Origin: Euryarchaeota archaeon UBA257
GTDB lineage: Archaea; Thermoplasmatota; Poseidoniia; Poseidoniales; Thalassarchaeaceae
Length of the DNA stretch: 64,000 nucleotides
Assembly (NCBI GenBank): GCA_002498985.1
Contig: DAJO01000037.1
Coordinates: 3,356-67,355, forward strand
Reading direction: 5' to 3'
Part shown: piece after piece, positions 22,901-33,483 of the stretch
Numbering within the stretch: the first letter of the stretch is position 1
Layout: each line of letters begins with the position of its first letter
Notes under the pieces: generated by a model
What the model was told of the DNA's origin: nothing
The model's input: only the letters and a program-made list of their open reading frames with translations
Databases searched by the model: none
Translations under genes and position numbers: made by a program

Positions 22901-25900
22901 GTCTAGGAAGAAATCAATAGTTAATATTGAATCATCTGGATAGATTATTACTTCAATAGTATTATTGTTATTATCTACATTCGTAGTATTGGTACCTGAA
23001 GTAATTTCATCTGACAAAACTGTGAATTCCCATTCACCCTTAGGTAAAACCATAGTAAAGAAACCACCATCATCTGTTTCTGAGCGCCATGTGACATCAT
23101 ATTCATCACTCTGTGCTATTACTGTAACAGGTTCCCAACCACCAATCTCTGAATTGAATAGGTTGTTTTCTCGATTGACACTTACTGCTCCATCAATTGC
23201 TTGCCCTGGGCGAGCAACCATCGTGATCTTATCCATATTTTCTTCAACTGTAAACTTCGTTCCATTTACTAACTTCAAATCTACACCTAATTGAGCAATT
23301 GCATCAACTTCAGAGCCTACAGGCAAAACAATACTGAATGTACCATCTGATGAAGTTTCAACTGTTGTACTAAAATCATCCCAATAGAAATCAATAGATA
23401 CGAACTCTAATGTTTTATCTGTATCGATAGTATCTGATTGAATATTTTCATCATAATATAGAGTACCATTTACAGTCTGACTTGTATAGAAACTAAATGT
23501 GTCTGTAAAATCAGAATTTGCTATAACTTCAATTTCTTCCCATAATTGTTCGGTTGCGGACAATGTGTAGTTTAAAATCCAAGTCCCAGGAGTTAACTCG
23601 ACATAATAATGACCCGATAAATTATCATATTCCGAATCTACTGGAGATCCTGAACCATTTTTCTGATTAAAGGTTAAATCAAGTCCTTCTACAAGATTAT
23701 CTGTGCCATTATCTGAATTAATTAATTGGAATGTAAGATCCGTAGTAAGGGGCATTGGAGAGGGAAGAATAATTGATGATTCCGTGTTAGAATCTACTGT
23801 GAACTCCAACGAAGTTTCGGGGAAATTATCTCCATCAATATCGATTGATGCAATGTATGAACCCGGCATAATTGGGCCGAACTCAATCTTAGAACCAGTA
23901 AGTAAATCATTTTCATAAGTTAATTCAGGATGAATATTGCACGGCGCATATTTTACAACTTCACAATCACCAATATTTTCTACATCTGAAGAACCGTCAG
24001 CGGATTCAAGAAGAACATGAGAATCAAGATAGTTCCCCGATTCGTCTATCAATATTCCTGAAATTAATCCACCATTGATATCTATATCTGTTGGGGTGCC
24101 AGAAATAGTTTGAGAGATGAAGAATCCATCATCAATTTCTACACGTGTATCGTCGCTGAAAATTACTGCAACATCATAAGAACCAGGAATTGCATCTACT
24201 ACATGGAATGTACCAGGCTGAACCATTACGCCACTGAATATCCCCATTCCAGAGAATGAGCCTGTCGCGTTGATTGTACCATAACTACTCAAATTTTTAT
24301 TAGATGTATCTGTTGAAAATACTCCTGAACCAATTAGAGTTGATTGTACTAGCTTTTGTGTAAATGATGCAACTCCATCTGCTGTGAAAAGTCCGCTTGC
24401 ATTTACAATTCCATCGAGAAGGTATTTCCCATCAGATTGCATGCACAAACTATTATTTTCAGGCATGGTTTCATTAACATCACAATCAATAATATTCTCA
24501 AAATCATCATTGATAATTCCGTCAATAATTCCTTTACCTGCAAATTCACCTTCTCCAGTTATGCTGTAGTTATTGAATATGGTTTGAGTGTAATTTCCAG
24601 TGAAATCAGAAATTGTCGCTATAGTTGATGTAATCACATCACCTTCTCCAGTAAAGGTAACCTCACCAGTACCATCAAACCTCAAATCATCACCCATTAT
24701 CGAACCATTTGATGTTGAAATCAGATATGGTGATGTCACTATAGAATCCCATGAAGGTGAAAGTTCAATAGTAGCATCTTCAAGAGAGTTACCAGAAAAT
24801 ACTTCTGAACCAGACCAAACTAGTCTTCCTATCGAGGAAGCTGGGCTGACAGAAATAGAAACTGGGATAATTGATTCGCCGTTACTGTGACCATCATCTC
24901 CAGAAATATTCACTATGGTTTCTGAAAGCCAAGTTGAACCCGACACATTGCCCAATATACCAGTAATTGGATTTAGAGCACGTACACCTGTAGTTTCAGT
25001 CTCGAAAATATCTCCCAAAGACTGCCCTACATTTGAGGTCATTATTTGAGTTCTTGCTGCTTCAAGATCGGATTCTCCATAAAATGCAGAAACGCGAATC
25101 TTCCCAGAAGGTGCTAAGAAACTGAAATCACCGTTTGAATCTGCGTCTGCAGTTCCTATTGGAATCCAGTAAGTTCTTTGATCCCTATCTGTAACCTGTC
25201 CATCTATTTCTACTTCATCACCACTAAATGCATCTCTTTCAATCAGAAGTCTAGCATTAGGCACAGGACCTATTCCCTCTAGTTCCACTGTTCCTTCAAT
25301 AGTGGCACCACTGTAATATTTCATGACTTTGACTTGGGTATTAGCACTACCTATACCCAAATTTTCACATTCTGAATCTAATTGAGTACCGTTCTCATCA
25401 GTTTCACAGTCAGGAGTATACCAATTTGAAAGAACTAGGTGATTCATCATAGCACCTGGGAGAGGATATGCATTCTCTAGGTATGAACCAGGGGCACCGG
25501 AGGTGTAGAAATGAGGTGCTGGTTGTTCTGCTTCACCAGGTAAACCTAAGGTAGAGCTTCCATATCCTACATAAATTCTAGCAACCATAGTGTCGAAGAA
25601 CTCAGGCTGGTGTTGGTAGTCGATATCAACCATTCTAATCATTTCATTTACATCTGTTAATGCACCAGATTGTTGGCGAATAACATCGTTTAGATATTCA
25701 CTTTCATATTCTTCTCCAGTTCGAGGAATAATGGGGCCATCCCCTCTCTGTGTTTGATAAACGGATGAGATGTAAGTTTCAGTATCTAAACCAGAAAGTG
25801 AAGTAGGTGCATGGAAAATTCCAGTAGTTTGACCTTGGTGATAACCATAGTCTTCGTAATACTGGCCGCCTAGAGGATAGAGACGATTATCAACTGCGAA

Positions 25901-28900
25901 ATATCTAATTTCATTGTTTCTAGAAATTGTTTCTCCAAGAACTCCTTCGTAATCTTGGACATCATACACAAGTTTAGTTGACATATCATGGTATAAATCG
26001 TTAATTTCTTCGGAATTGAAAATCTCTAACAGTAAAGCACGGCTTAATGCTAACTTTGCATTAACTCTGTGCAATCCAGTAGATACATCGTCAAAGTCTT
26101 CAATCAAATCAGGAGTATATCTGTATCCAGAAATATCGTAATACTGGATTATTAATTCGCCTTTGTTTGCGCCTTTTTCATATCTATCTAATTCTGAAAC
26201 TGAGTTTCTAGCATCATTAAAGCTATCAATTGCTGATTCTTCGTTAGATAATCCATCAACTATTATCTCCCCATCTTCTAAAATAACCCAAACTTCGGAT
26301 TCACTAGGTAGGCCGTTAGATTCTAAATGGAATCCACGTAATAATTCATGTTCACCATCTACTGCTACTACAGACATAGAACGATCAAGTACTATTTTTG
26401 AATCACCCGTACCAAGACTCATAATTTTATCAAATTCACTTAATTGTGAATCGTCCATATGCCCGTCCAAGAGTAAATTTCTGAAATCATCAGTAAATCC
26501 AGATGGAGCATTCGACCTTCGATCCCCTTGGGCTAAAGTAGTAATGAATAGGGAAACAGTATCTTCTTGACTAGCAGAAAGTAACATAGCACCGCTATTA
26601 GGTATCCCAGACTGGAAGTTGTCTGCTACCGTAGGGTGCTCACCCTGAGCAAGTGCCTGGAAACCATAATCCCACCATGATACGAAAGCGGGACGTTCAG
26701 AAAAGCTGACTTCAGTATCTTGTTCAGATAACCATTCATAAGCTAAATTCCATGAACCTGAATTAAAACCTGGTCCGAATGTTCCCATATACCATAAGTC
26801 ACCGTTAGCATCATAGTTCTCGCTATTCAATAATGAAAATCCTAGAACTTCCTGTCTGAAGATATCAGGAGTTATATCATGAATTGTTTGATCGACATCG
26901 GACGCAGACTGTTCACCGCGAGGAATTCCTGAATCAATTCCATATGTCATGTGCTGAGAACAAACCAGCATCAACACCATCATCAAAGCAGGAACTCCTG
27001 GGTGCCTCCTCGACGCTTTCCAGTTGGCCCAGAAACGTGACCTTGGTGTTGAAATACCAGACTTTCTCCATTCTTTGAGGAATCCTGAGAAGTTAGCATA
27101 ATTCCACATCATAGCGATACCAATTCCTCCAACTACCGAGATTGCAGGAGTTGCGTTGAAAATGAATCTTCCAGCTGACCAAGCCATGTAAATAGCAATT
27201 AAAACCCATAGCCCTAGCAGAATATGGCTCTGTTTTTCTTTTCTTGCACCTCTCCATAGTAACATTACAGCAACAAATATTGCAATAAGTGAAACTATTG
27301 GACCATAAGATGCGAATAAAACACCTCTACTAGGTGCCTGGGCCTCTCCAATGGTTCCGAATATTTTATTCTTTGAGAAATAGAATCCTCCGGTGAATAA
27401 AACATCCCATCCATCATAGATGTTTGCCTGTTGTAAAACATATAATATAGCCAAAATTGACCCCATTAATACAGCAGTGCTGCCTAGAACCAATAACCAA
27501 GGTTTATCGCGATAGGATGAAGAAACCCAACCCAAAGCTAGCGTGAAACCAATAATGTAAAACATAGGTTGGAATCCACTAGGATCGAACAATAAACTTA
27601 GTCCAGGCCAGCAATAGAAAGGTAATGGGATTACAAATGCAGTAAGCATCATTTGCAAAGATGCTGCAGTAATTGGAAGGCTGTCCCTTCTACGGAACAT
27701 ATTGAAAAATATCTGGAATGCAAAAGCAATGAATAAAATTCCAGGACCATAAACGAAACCTTTCCACCCTAAAGCTACAACAGCGAAAGATACACCAGAC
27801 AAAGTAGCATTAGACATAACTACAGGATTTGTAGACCACATTTGCCTTATACCAGCAATAATGTAGAGCGGGCTTAGACTTGGTGTTTTGAATAATCTTT
27901 CATTCTTCAGTTCATCCATGGCCTTGACCCAATAGTAAAATGCGATTGCTAAGAACAGCATTGCGAATGCGTCGTGATCGGCAAGTCCGAATGTCGAATG
28001 GCCGATATGACCGGGCATTAATGCGATTAACCAGGCTGCAACTATTCCCGCCATATTACTGTGCAATTTTCTAGCAAGACCAGCAATTGGTAACACGATT
28101 AATGCTCCAAAAATTGCAGGTAAAGAGGCTACGCTCCACCACACAGAGGTTTCCAAAGACATTCCAGATAACCAAGAAAGGAAAAGTCCTCCAAGTGCTA
28201 AAGACCACGAGAATAGTGGTGGTCTAGGATTGATTGCTACCATCGGGTAAGCTCTATCTGCGTCAATAATCAGATGGCTCTTTTGGTATACAACATAATC
28301 TACTACACGTTTCATGTACCATGGATCAGACCCTCCTGACATATCCCATAGTCCAGTACCAGATGCATTCATAGCAGGTAGAACATTCCAACCTGTTCGA
28401 ACTGCTAAACCAATAATTAGTGCTGAACCTACCATAATACCGTAAGAGTTTTGATTCCACCATTTACGGAAATCTGAATGTTCTCTACGTGGAGATATAT
28501 CTCCAAACATACCACGGCCAGCTACCATCATTGCCCCCACATTAAGCCAGAAAACTAGCAAGAACCAGGTAAACATACTGACATTATCTTCACCATTCAA
28601 AGTTGAAAGTGGTAAATCATTTCCAATCTCTGCTAAATGAGCCAAAGTATACATTAACCAATTTAGAGCAACAACTGTACCCAATACGTGCCATCTTTCT
28701 GAATTACAAAAAGAAACGAAAAGAACTACTATTGAAGTAAATAATGCCCAAACTGAGCCCAAGTAATAATGATTATTATATGATGTAACATCATCTATGG
28801 TGCTCAGCCAAATTAATGGAATTAAGTTGATTAAAAATATAATTCCAGCAGTGATTAAACCGGCTTGAGGCATTACAGACGGGATATCTCGGAACCATGG

Positions 28901-29497
28901 ACCTTGTCCCGGATTTGTCCCTCTGCCTCTAATTGCTAAAGTAACGAGTATTCCCAATGTGATTGATGCTATCCAGAATGCGAAGAAAACAGAAGCAATA
29001 GAGCCTCTAGTTAAATCAACTAATTCATCTGGGCTTCCACTCCATGAAGATTCGTCAAGAGTATATCTAGTAGCAAAAGAAATCGCTAGATGGAAACCAA
29101 GTACCACTGAAAGTAAAATTGATGATTCCTCATTCCAATTATTTTTATCTAAGAAAATAGTAGAAACAAAAACGAAAGCGAACGTAAATCCTTCCATAGG
29201 GACAATTGGAGTAAACTCAGGCGCTAATAACGAAAATATAATCGCGGACAATGAACTCAGGATAATAATCAAATTACTTTTTGACGATTGGTCCACAACG
29301 ATTCTACCGATAAACGCGGCTAAAGCAGCGATAACCGGTAGGATCAGGAGGTCAGCATATCCGTCGTTCTCAATTCCACCATTAGCGACATAATCAGTCC
29401 CAAAGAAAAGTACCATCAAAGTTGCTAGTACAGCAGGGACCGGGAGTAAATTCTTATTTGAAAAACCTCCCTTTGTCGCATCATTATCATCGTTCAT
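19991..29497 (-). CDS. aglB: giant oligosaccharyltransferase AglB/STT3 fusion (3168 aa)
   Basis: Polytopic STT3 core with WWDYG catalytic motif (AFVSWWDYGFQALA) and a DxD-containing first loop. It is preceded by about 330 aa of extra TM helices. It is followed by about 2200 aa of beta-rich extracellular repeats ending in a TM helix and a basic tail. Confidence 0.85.
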   Translation of the reverse strand: MNDDNDATKGGFSNKNLLPVPAVLATLMVLFFGTDYVANGGIENDGYADLLILPVIAALAAFIGRIVVDQSSKSNLIIILSSLSAIIFSLLAPEFTPIVPMEGFTFAFVFVSTIFLDKNNWNEESSILLSVVLGFHLAISFATRYTLDESSWSGSPDELVDLTRGSIASVFFAFWIASITLGILVTLAIRGRGTNPGQGPWFRDIPSVMPQAGLITAGIIFLINLIPLIWLSTIDDVTSYNNHYYLGSVWALFTSIVVLFVSFCNSERWHVLGTVVALNWLMYTLAHLAEIGNDLPLSTLNGEDNVSMFTWFLLVFWLNVGAMMVAGRGMFGDISPRREHSDFRKWWNQNSYGIMVGSALIIGLAVRTGWNVLPAMNASGTGLWDMSGGSDPWYMKRVVDYVVYQKSHLIIDADRAYPMVAINPRPPLFSWSLALGGLFLSWLSGMSLETSVWWSVASLPAIFGALIVLPIAGLARKLHSNMAGIVAAWLIALMPGHIGHSTFGLADHDAFAMLFLAIAFYYWVKAMDELKNERLFKTPSLSPLYIIAGIRQMWSTNPVVMSNATLSGVSFAVVALGWKGFVYGPGILFIAFAFQIFFNMFRRRDSLPITAASLQMMLTAFVIPLPFYCWPGLSLLFDPSGFQPMFYIIGFTLALGWVSSSYRDKPWLLVLGSTAVLMGSILAILYVLQQANIYDGWDVLFTGGFYFSKNKIFGTIGEAQAPSRGVLFASYGPIVSLIAIFVAVMLLWRGARKEKQSHILLGLWVLIAIYMAWSAGRFIFNATPAISVVGGIGIAMMWNYANFSGFLKEWRKSGISTPRSRFWANWKASRRHPGVPALMMVLMLVCSQHMTYGIDSGIPRGEQSASDVDQTIHDITPDIFRQEVLGFSLLNSENYDANGDLWYMGTFGPGFNSGSWNLAYEWLSEQDTEVSFSERPAFVSWWDYGFQALAQGEHPTVADNFQSGIPNSGAMLLSASQEDTVSLFITTLAQGDRRSNAPSGFTDDFRNLLLDGHMDDSQLSEFDKIMSLGTGDSKIVLDRSMSVVAVDGEHELLRGFHLESNGLPSESEVWVILEDGEIIVDGLSNEESAIDSFNDARNSVSELDRYEKGANKGELIIQYYDISGYRYTPDLIEDFDDVSTGLHRVNAKLALSRALLLEIFNSEEINDLYHDMSTKLVYDVQDYEGVLGETISRNNEIRYFAVDNRLYPLGGQYYEDYGYHQGQTTGIFHAPTSLSGLDTETYISSVYQTQRGDGPIIPRTGEEYESEYLNDVIRQQSGALTDVNEMIRMVDIDYQHQPEFFDTMVARIYVGYGSSTLGLPGEAEQPAPHFYTSGAPGSYLENAYPLPGAMMNHLVLSNWYTPDCETDENGTQLDSECENLGIGSANTQVKVMKYYSGATIEGTVELEGIGPVPNARLLIERDAFSGDEVEIDGQVTDRDQRTYWIPIGTADADSNGDFSFLAPSGKIRVSAFYGESDLEAARTQIMTSNVGQSLGDIFETETTGVRALNPITGILGNVSGSTWLSETIVNISGDDGHSNGESIIPVSISVSPASSIGRLVWSGSEVFSGNSLEDATIELSPSWDSIVTSPYLISTSNGSIMGDDLRFDGTGEVTFTGEGDVITSTIATISDFTGNYTQTIFNNYSITGEGEFAGKGIIDGIINDDFENIIDCDVNETMPENNSLCMQSDGKYLLDGIVNASGLFTADGVASFTQKLVQSTLIGSGVFSTDTSNKNLSSYGTINATGSFSGMGIFSGVMVQPGTFHVVDAIPGSYDVAVIFSDDTRVEIDDGFFISQTISGTPTDIDINGGLISGILIDESGNYLDSHVLLESADGSSDVENIGDCEVVKYAPCNIHPELTYENDLLTGSKIEFGPIMPGSYIASIDIDGDNFPETSLEFTVDSNTESSIILPSPMPLTTDLTFQLINSDNGTDNLVEGLDLTFNQKNGSGSPVDSEYDNLSGHYYVELTPGTWILNYTLSATEQLWEEIEVIANSDFTDTFSFYTSQTVNGTLYYDENIQSDTIDTDKTLEFVSIDFYWDDFSTTVETSSDGTFSIVLPVGSEVDAIAQLGVDLKLVNGTKFTVEENMDKITMVARPGQAIDGAVSVNRENNLFNSEIGGWEPVTVIAQSDEYDVTWRSETDDGGFFTMVLPKGEWEFTVLSDEITSGTNTTNVDNNNNTIEVIIYPDDSILTIDFFLDNSADNNMSNGTPVTYDFSLLSLVDGIDYHINSTSSDWTDEGIAQVTVEAGIYRISVDIADPNSGDLFGTRIMSGDVDVRVGIDSTDITRSIGFDPEWRVEMSFTNESGGDLSEQLVRFTNVENGWVLSRTTDSNGSIIDFFPQGDWIATTEIVNNDIKEGLRDLISVSSDITSESLTFSTSQLAEISFNVSEDSTSSPLSGVSLLMESASDLGSFSIEATNSSGLTTVDVVEGDWLISLNYTEDGKRWVVESYPVTISVGENHVDLTANLYVALTGTVFWDLNNNNASNVGEGISDVQMMFTTTSDSNEHSISTDNTGEWELFVPYNTSWQIETIYDGFESINESISVSDSPNDVQLELVAGLVDVYGNITYALGISSIPVEDIELMIMPTEGLVRDTVAIEINDDWSGSWSTELEPGLWIVSASVPSQDLIIMGLLDVDVTGNSNNLDMELTSGGILEVQTEWLDYDGNSRNLGDISDANLLVDVGFGMKWIQSVDETGNLNLLLPNGNVQFSGDFEVEQRGLTMEFTAGRGFDVYPGLNTTIDLLFNRVSNHEIEITTLNETSGHENYVGSLGDVSLEVDGINGFFPVDFTLAVDYLGHESYDVFTVGGIVSGTDSSEWTVQFHNGTGNWTTSTQFEVGLDNSVDFDNLNIRVIAPNQSVAHSFEDGHKITISISTLDGYLASHDLIVRVPQIHGFELTNPMSEVYGVSPGELITIPIEFTNAGNGDEKYEFEFDDSELPDGWSRTGPTSHTIGSFVSTSHSVTVVSPSDAMPNEEFLIYVSVTDKAGNSYDTIEIKVRSSEPVLKIEGIQALGGGEPEAGGQITYIATISNSGLVDAENVQLNAQLCRDVDCNSPTSVNATTTMDISAESSTQFSFLFDLSDIQVDQYYIMLDINSTGFDEENIDDGSWHISDGVEQGVMNVDVRSPSVDDDENTDIIAYILIIGLVIIGLYLTKGRSGRRPGAPF

Positions 29498-29616
29498 TAT
29501 TAATCACCATGTTGTCGAGCCTGCAGGCTCAGAGTTCCGGCGAAAATTGAGGATGTTATAACCGTTAGTGGGACAACGGTTTTCAGATAAAAATAAAATA
29601 TGAGTAAATATTGCCT

Positions 29617-30876
29617 TCAGAGCCCTTTATGGGCAATGTCTTTTCTAAAATATGAACCTTCTAATTCTATGTTCTCAATTACTTCATACGCGGCTTCAAC
29701 TGCTAAACCTAAATTAGGCGCTATTCCGGTTGCTGCGAGCACACGACCACCATCAGAAATTAATGTACCTTCATTAGAAATCATGGCACCAGCATAATGG
29801 ACAAAGGCACTGATTTCTCCTTCCTCAATTCTTGTTTCTGTACCCGTGATTACTCTACCAGTAATTGAATTGGAAGGATAACCTTCTGAGCACAAAACAA
29901 TGGTTGCCGATGAGTGCGGAAATATATTATATTCGCATTCAGAAATTTTGCCATTTGCACAAGACATCAACAACTCCCCTAAATCGCTTGAGATTAATGG
30001 TAACGTCACTTGTGTTTCTGGATCTCCAAAACGGACATTAAATTCTACTACAAAAGGGGCACCATTCTGATCTATCATTAGTCCGACATATAGGCAACCA
30101 CGATAAGGCACATCCTGATTTCTAAGGAAATGATGCATAGGCTCAATGATTTCTGAAATTGTCCTCTGTTCTACAGCAGGTGTATAAACCGGAGCAGGAG
30201 CATAAGCTCCCATACCACCTGTATTTGGGCCATTATCGCCGTCCAGAAGACGTTTATGGTCTTGACTTGCAGGTAAACAAACATAACCTGATTCATCCAT
30301 TACTACCAAAACTGACGCTTCTTCACCAAATAGGAATTCTTCAAGAAGGACTTTTCCATCCAACTCTATTCCATCTTTCAGAGCATTAAAGGCTTCATTA
30401 CGATCAGATGTTACAACTACTCCTTTACCACCTGCAAGGACATCTCTCTTCACCACCCAAGGAGGTGAATAGATATCTAATGAGTCATTAATTTGGTCAA
30501 TTTTTTCTATCAATATCAGACCAGCTGTTGGGACTTTCATCGATTGCATGACCTCCTTTGCATGCAATTTCGAACCTTCTAATTTAGCACCTATTGAATT
30601 AGGGCCGAAACAAGGAATTTCTTCTTCTGAGAGCCTATCAGATAAGCCAGCAACTAGTGGCGCTTCAGGACCAACCACTACCAAATCTATATTCAATTTT
30701 TTAGCTAAATCAATTATTCCCTCAATATCCATTGAATCTACTTTATAATTAGTCCCTGAAATAGCCGTACCTGCATTCCCGGGGCATGAATGAACATGAT
30801 TTACTGAGTCCGATTCTGAGAGACGTAGGGCTAGAGCATGCTCTCGGCCACCACTGCCTACAATGAGTACTTCCAT
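29617..30876 (-). CDS. purD: phosphoribosylamine--glycine ligase
   Basis: MEVLIVGSGGREHALA N-terminus, ATP-grasp blocks, and the full PurD architecture. Start chosen at Met4 of the track ORF. Confidence 0.92.
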   Translation of the reverse strand: MEVLIVGSGGREHALALRLSESDSVNHVHSCPGNAGTAISGTNYKVDSMDIEGIIDLAKKLNIDLVVVGPEAPLVAGLSDRLSEEEIPCFGPNSIGAKLEGSKLHAKEVMQSMKVPTAGLILIEKIDQINDSLDIYSPPWVVKRDVLAGGKGVVVTSDRNEAFNALKDGIELDGKVLLEEFLFGEEASVLVVMDESGYVCLPASQDHKRLLDGDNGPNTGGMGAYAPAPVYTPAVEQRTISEIIEPMHHFLRNQDVPYRGCLYVGLMIDQNGAPFVVEFNVRFGDPETQVTLPLISSDLGELLMSCANGKISECEYNIFPHSSATIVLCSEGYPSNSITGRVITGTETRIEEGEISAFVHYAGAMISNEGTLISDGGRVLAATGIAPNLGLAVEAAYEVIENIELEGSYFRKDIAHKGL

Positions 30877-30942
30877 GCCAGTCATGTTCGTCCGATGGAG
30901 TAAGGGAATTAATGAATTCTAATGCCGTATTGTAAAATAAAA

Positions 30943-31713
30943 CTAGTAAGGAACTTCTTTTAACCCAAATTTATAGCCTAAAATATTGAATGAACGGTGG
31001 ATTACGGGAGTGATGATCAAAAGGAAAATAATTTCTTCAACTAAATTGGGATGAGTTATAATCTGGCCATCGAATAGTAAAAAAGCAGTAGCAAATATAG
31101 CAATCGCAAAGGGAATTGTATCCAATAGAGGAGCTTCTGAACTTTCATCGCCTTCTCTTTTCAATCCTCTTCTACGCTTTACAAATGAACCACACATATC
31201 TCCAATCATGCAGGAAAAACCAAGTATAAAACCCATTGTAAATGCAGCAAATGATGAACTAAGTTCTCCTTCGAAAAACCAGAACCAATCGCCAGGGTCG
31301 GCATAAATTAGTGGGTCAATAAATGGTGCATTTGTACCATTACCATTCCAGATATTGTGGGCTACAATAAATAATATTCCACTGAATATACCTCCTCCTA
31401 TCAAACCATTCCAAGACTTTCCATCTCCCAATATTCTATGACCATCCGAATAATTCCTTCCGCGATCTATAATAATTACAGACATTCCAGTTTTATCGGG
31501 TATCCATTTACCGAATAACATTGCACCAGTGTTGGCTAAATATGCGGAACCATACATCAATAACACGCATAATACATTTACAAAAAATGATTCAAGGCCA
31601 TTCGATTGGAAAGGAGGGGAAGAGACATCCACAACCTGTCGAAAAGACTTTCGGACATGAAACATTCCCTCATGGCGCCCAAGTATTAATTTCCTATTGG
31701 TGATTCGCAGCAT
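30943..31713 (-). CDS. carS: CDP-archaeol synthase-like (DUF46/CarS family) membrane protein
   Basis: Polytopic membrane protein with a GDxxGSFxKRR motif (GDMCGSFVKRRRG) as in CarS/CTP-transferase DUF46. It is longer than canonical CarS, so the assignment is tentative. Confidence 0.5.
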   Translation of the reverse strand: MLRITNRKLILGRHEGMFHVRKSFRQVVDVSSPPFQSNGLESFFVNVLCVLLMYGSAYLANTGAMLFGKWIPDKTGMSVIIIDRGRNYSDGHRILGDGKSWNGLIGGGIFSGILFIVAHNIWNGNGTNAPFIDPLIYADPGDWFWFFEGELSSSFAAFTMGFILGFSCMIGDMCGSFVKRRRGLKREGDESSEAPLLDTIPFAIAIFATAFLLFDGQIITHPNLVEEIIFLLIITPVIHRSFNILGYKFGLKEVPY

Positions 31714-31715
31714 AC

Positions 31716-33482
31716 ATGAGTACCATACTAAAGATGAAAACTGGTTTTACCTCAATATTATTGATTCTAGTTTTTTTCACTGTACCAACTGTTGCAGACA
31801 ATCATCAAGGAGACATAATAATTGATGAGATTGTTGAATGGACGACTGACCAAGATATAAATCAAAACATTCACATAACTAGTGAAGGTAAGTTGACGAT
31901 TAGTTCCTCGATAACTTTCTCCTCAACATCTACAATAATCATTGACCAAGGAGGAGAATTGAGATTAATAGAATCCTCAGAATTAATTTCTGATAAAAGG
32001 GCGACTTCGTTGAAGACATTAGGAGCTATTGATGAACAAAATAGGTCGAAAATCATTATACCAAGCTCAATTCATAATGGAGACATGAATGTCATAATAA
32101 ACGCTGAAGAGGGGGCATTGTTAGACGGTAGTAATGTATACTTAGGAGATATGGAACCTGTATTAATGAGTGGAATGAACTTCTCATTGAATGTTCCAGA
32201 ATCACAGGGAGATACAGCCCTAGGTTTCACCGGATACGGACAGTTCCCGATTATTAAATCAATTATTATTGAGACAGAATCTGGGAATTATGAATACAAA
32301 GCTAATGAATTACCGTATCAGAATATGTTACTTCACGGAGACAATGGACTTACAATAAACTCTGATGGGAAAATTGAGATAATAGAAAACTCAACATTGC
32401 ATGGTGTGAATATAATTTCGAGCAGTGAGATAATAATAAAGGAAGGAATTATCAAAGATAGTAGCCCAATGATATTAACCAGTGATGATGCTTCATTAAT
32501 CATTCAGAACAGTGAAATCTCAGGTAGTAGCGACGACCACTATGTACAAGCACAGCCGCTAACAAATATTGTATGGGGTGCTTCAGAAGACAATACTGCT
32601 GTTTCAATAAAAGGAGATTTAATTGATAGATGGGAACGAATAATTTCTGATCAAGTCATTATTTTAGATTCCGAAGGAGTTTATTTTAGTATTACTGGAA
32701 GCAGCCCCAACGGGGTATTAGAAATCAATAATTATAGCGGTTTTGATGGTAAATCAGTCATCAATACTCAAGGGGATTCTAGAGTAATTGAGATAGGTTG
32801 GGCAAATGGAGAAATCACTACTGAAAATGCAGTTATTTCAATATTAGAATATAGGACTGCTTGGAATACAGAATCTAGTGGAATCAACAATTATGGTCCA
32901 GCGAATTTTGAATTGACATGGGAAAAGGAAATAGATTTGACTTCAATTAATGTCCCGAACATAGAATGGGTAGATCTTAACGTAAACCTAGATGATTCTA
33001 CATCAGAGGGAATCTTACAAACCGGGGTATCTCAACAGATATCTGCTATTTTAGCGAATAGAGGTGGTGCTTCTGCTAATTTATTCTTTGATTGTAATAT
33101 TACAGAAACAGGAATGTCGGCAGATATTGGGGGGTATCAGAACGTAATGATTGATGCCGGAGAAGAAGTAGAAGTTTTCTTCGGTTGGAGAAATAATGAG
33201 CCTGGTACATTAAGTCTAACATGTGAGGTATTAACGCCTAGTCAATTGGTTGATTATGAAAACTCACAGGCATTTGGAGGAGGCACTATGTCTACAGAAC
33301 CTATCCTTTGGGAAGAAATTAATGATGAAAGTTTCAACATGATTCCAATCCTTATTGTCATAATAATTATTATGATCTCTGCAGGAGTTTACTTTGTACA
33401 TAATTTATCAAAAAATGCCGAAGAAACAGCTGAAATTCTAGATAATTATAATAAATCTTCTAAAAATGAAGAAGATATCTGA
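31716..33482 (+). CDS. type-I membrane surface protein (588 aa), beta-helix-like repeats
   Basis: N-terminal signal/anchor. Repetitive Ile/Ser/Glu-rich beta-strand repeats. A C-terminal TM helix (ILIVIIIIMISAGVYFV) followed by a short acidic tail. Confidence 0.6.
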   Translation: MSTILKMKTGFTSILLILVFFTVPTVADNHQGDIIIDEIVEWTTDQDINQNIHITSEGKLTISSSITFSSTSTIIIDQGGELRLIESSELISDKRATSLKTLGAIDEQNRSKIIIPSSIHNGDMNVIINAEEGALLDGSNVYLGDMEPVLMSGMNFSLNVPESQGDTALGFTGYGQFPIIKSIIIETESGNYEYKANELPYQNMLLHGDNGLTINSDGKIEIIENSTLHGVNIISSSEIIIKEGIIKDSSPMILTSDDASLIIQNSEISGSSDDHYVQAQPLTNIVWGASEDNTAVSIKGDLIDRWERIISDQVIILDSEGVYFSITGSSPNGVLEINNYSGFDGKSVINTQGDSRVIEIGWANGEITTENAVISILEYRTAWNTESSGINNYGPANFELTWEKEIDLTSINVPNIEWVDLNVNLDDSTSEGILQTGVSQQISAILANRGGASANLFFDCNITETGMSADIGGYQNVMIDAGEEVEVFFGWRNNEPGTLSLTCEVLTPSQLVDYENSQAFGGGTMSTEPILWEEINDESFNMIPILIVIIIIMISAGVYFVHNLSKNAEETAEILDNYNKSSKNEEDI

Positions 33483-33483
33483 A

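Noticed and set aside
20640-29393. Numerous 60-145-aa plus-strand ORFs inside the giant minus-strand aglB gene (for example 26163..26570 and 28959..29393)
   Set aside because: They are antisense shadow ORFs. They are Ser/Pro/Ile-rich and low-complexity with no motifs, as expected from the reverse complement of a long AT-rich coding region.
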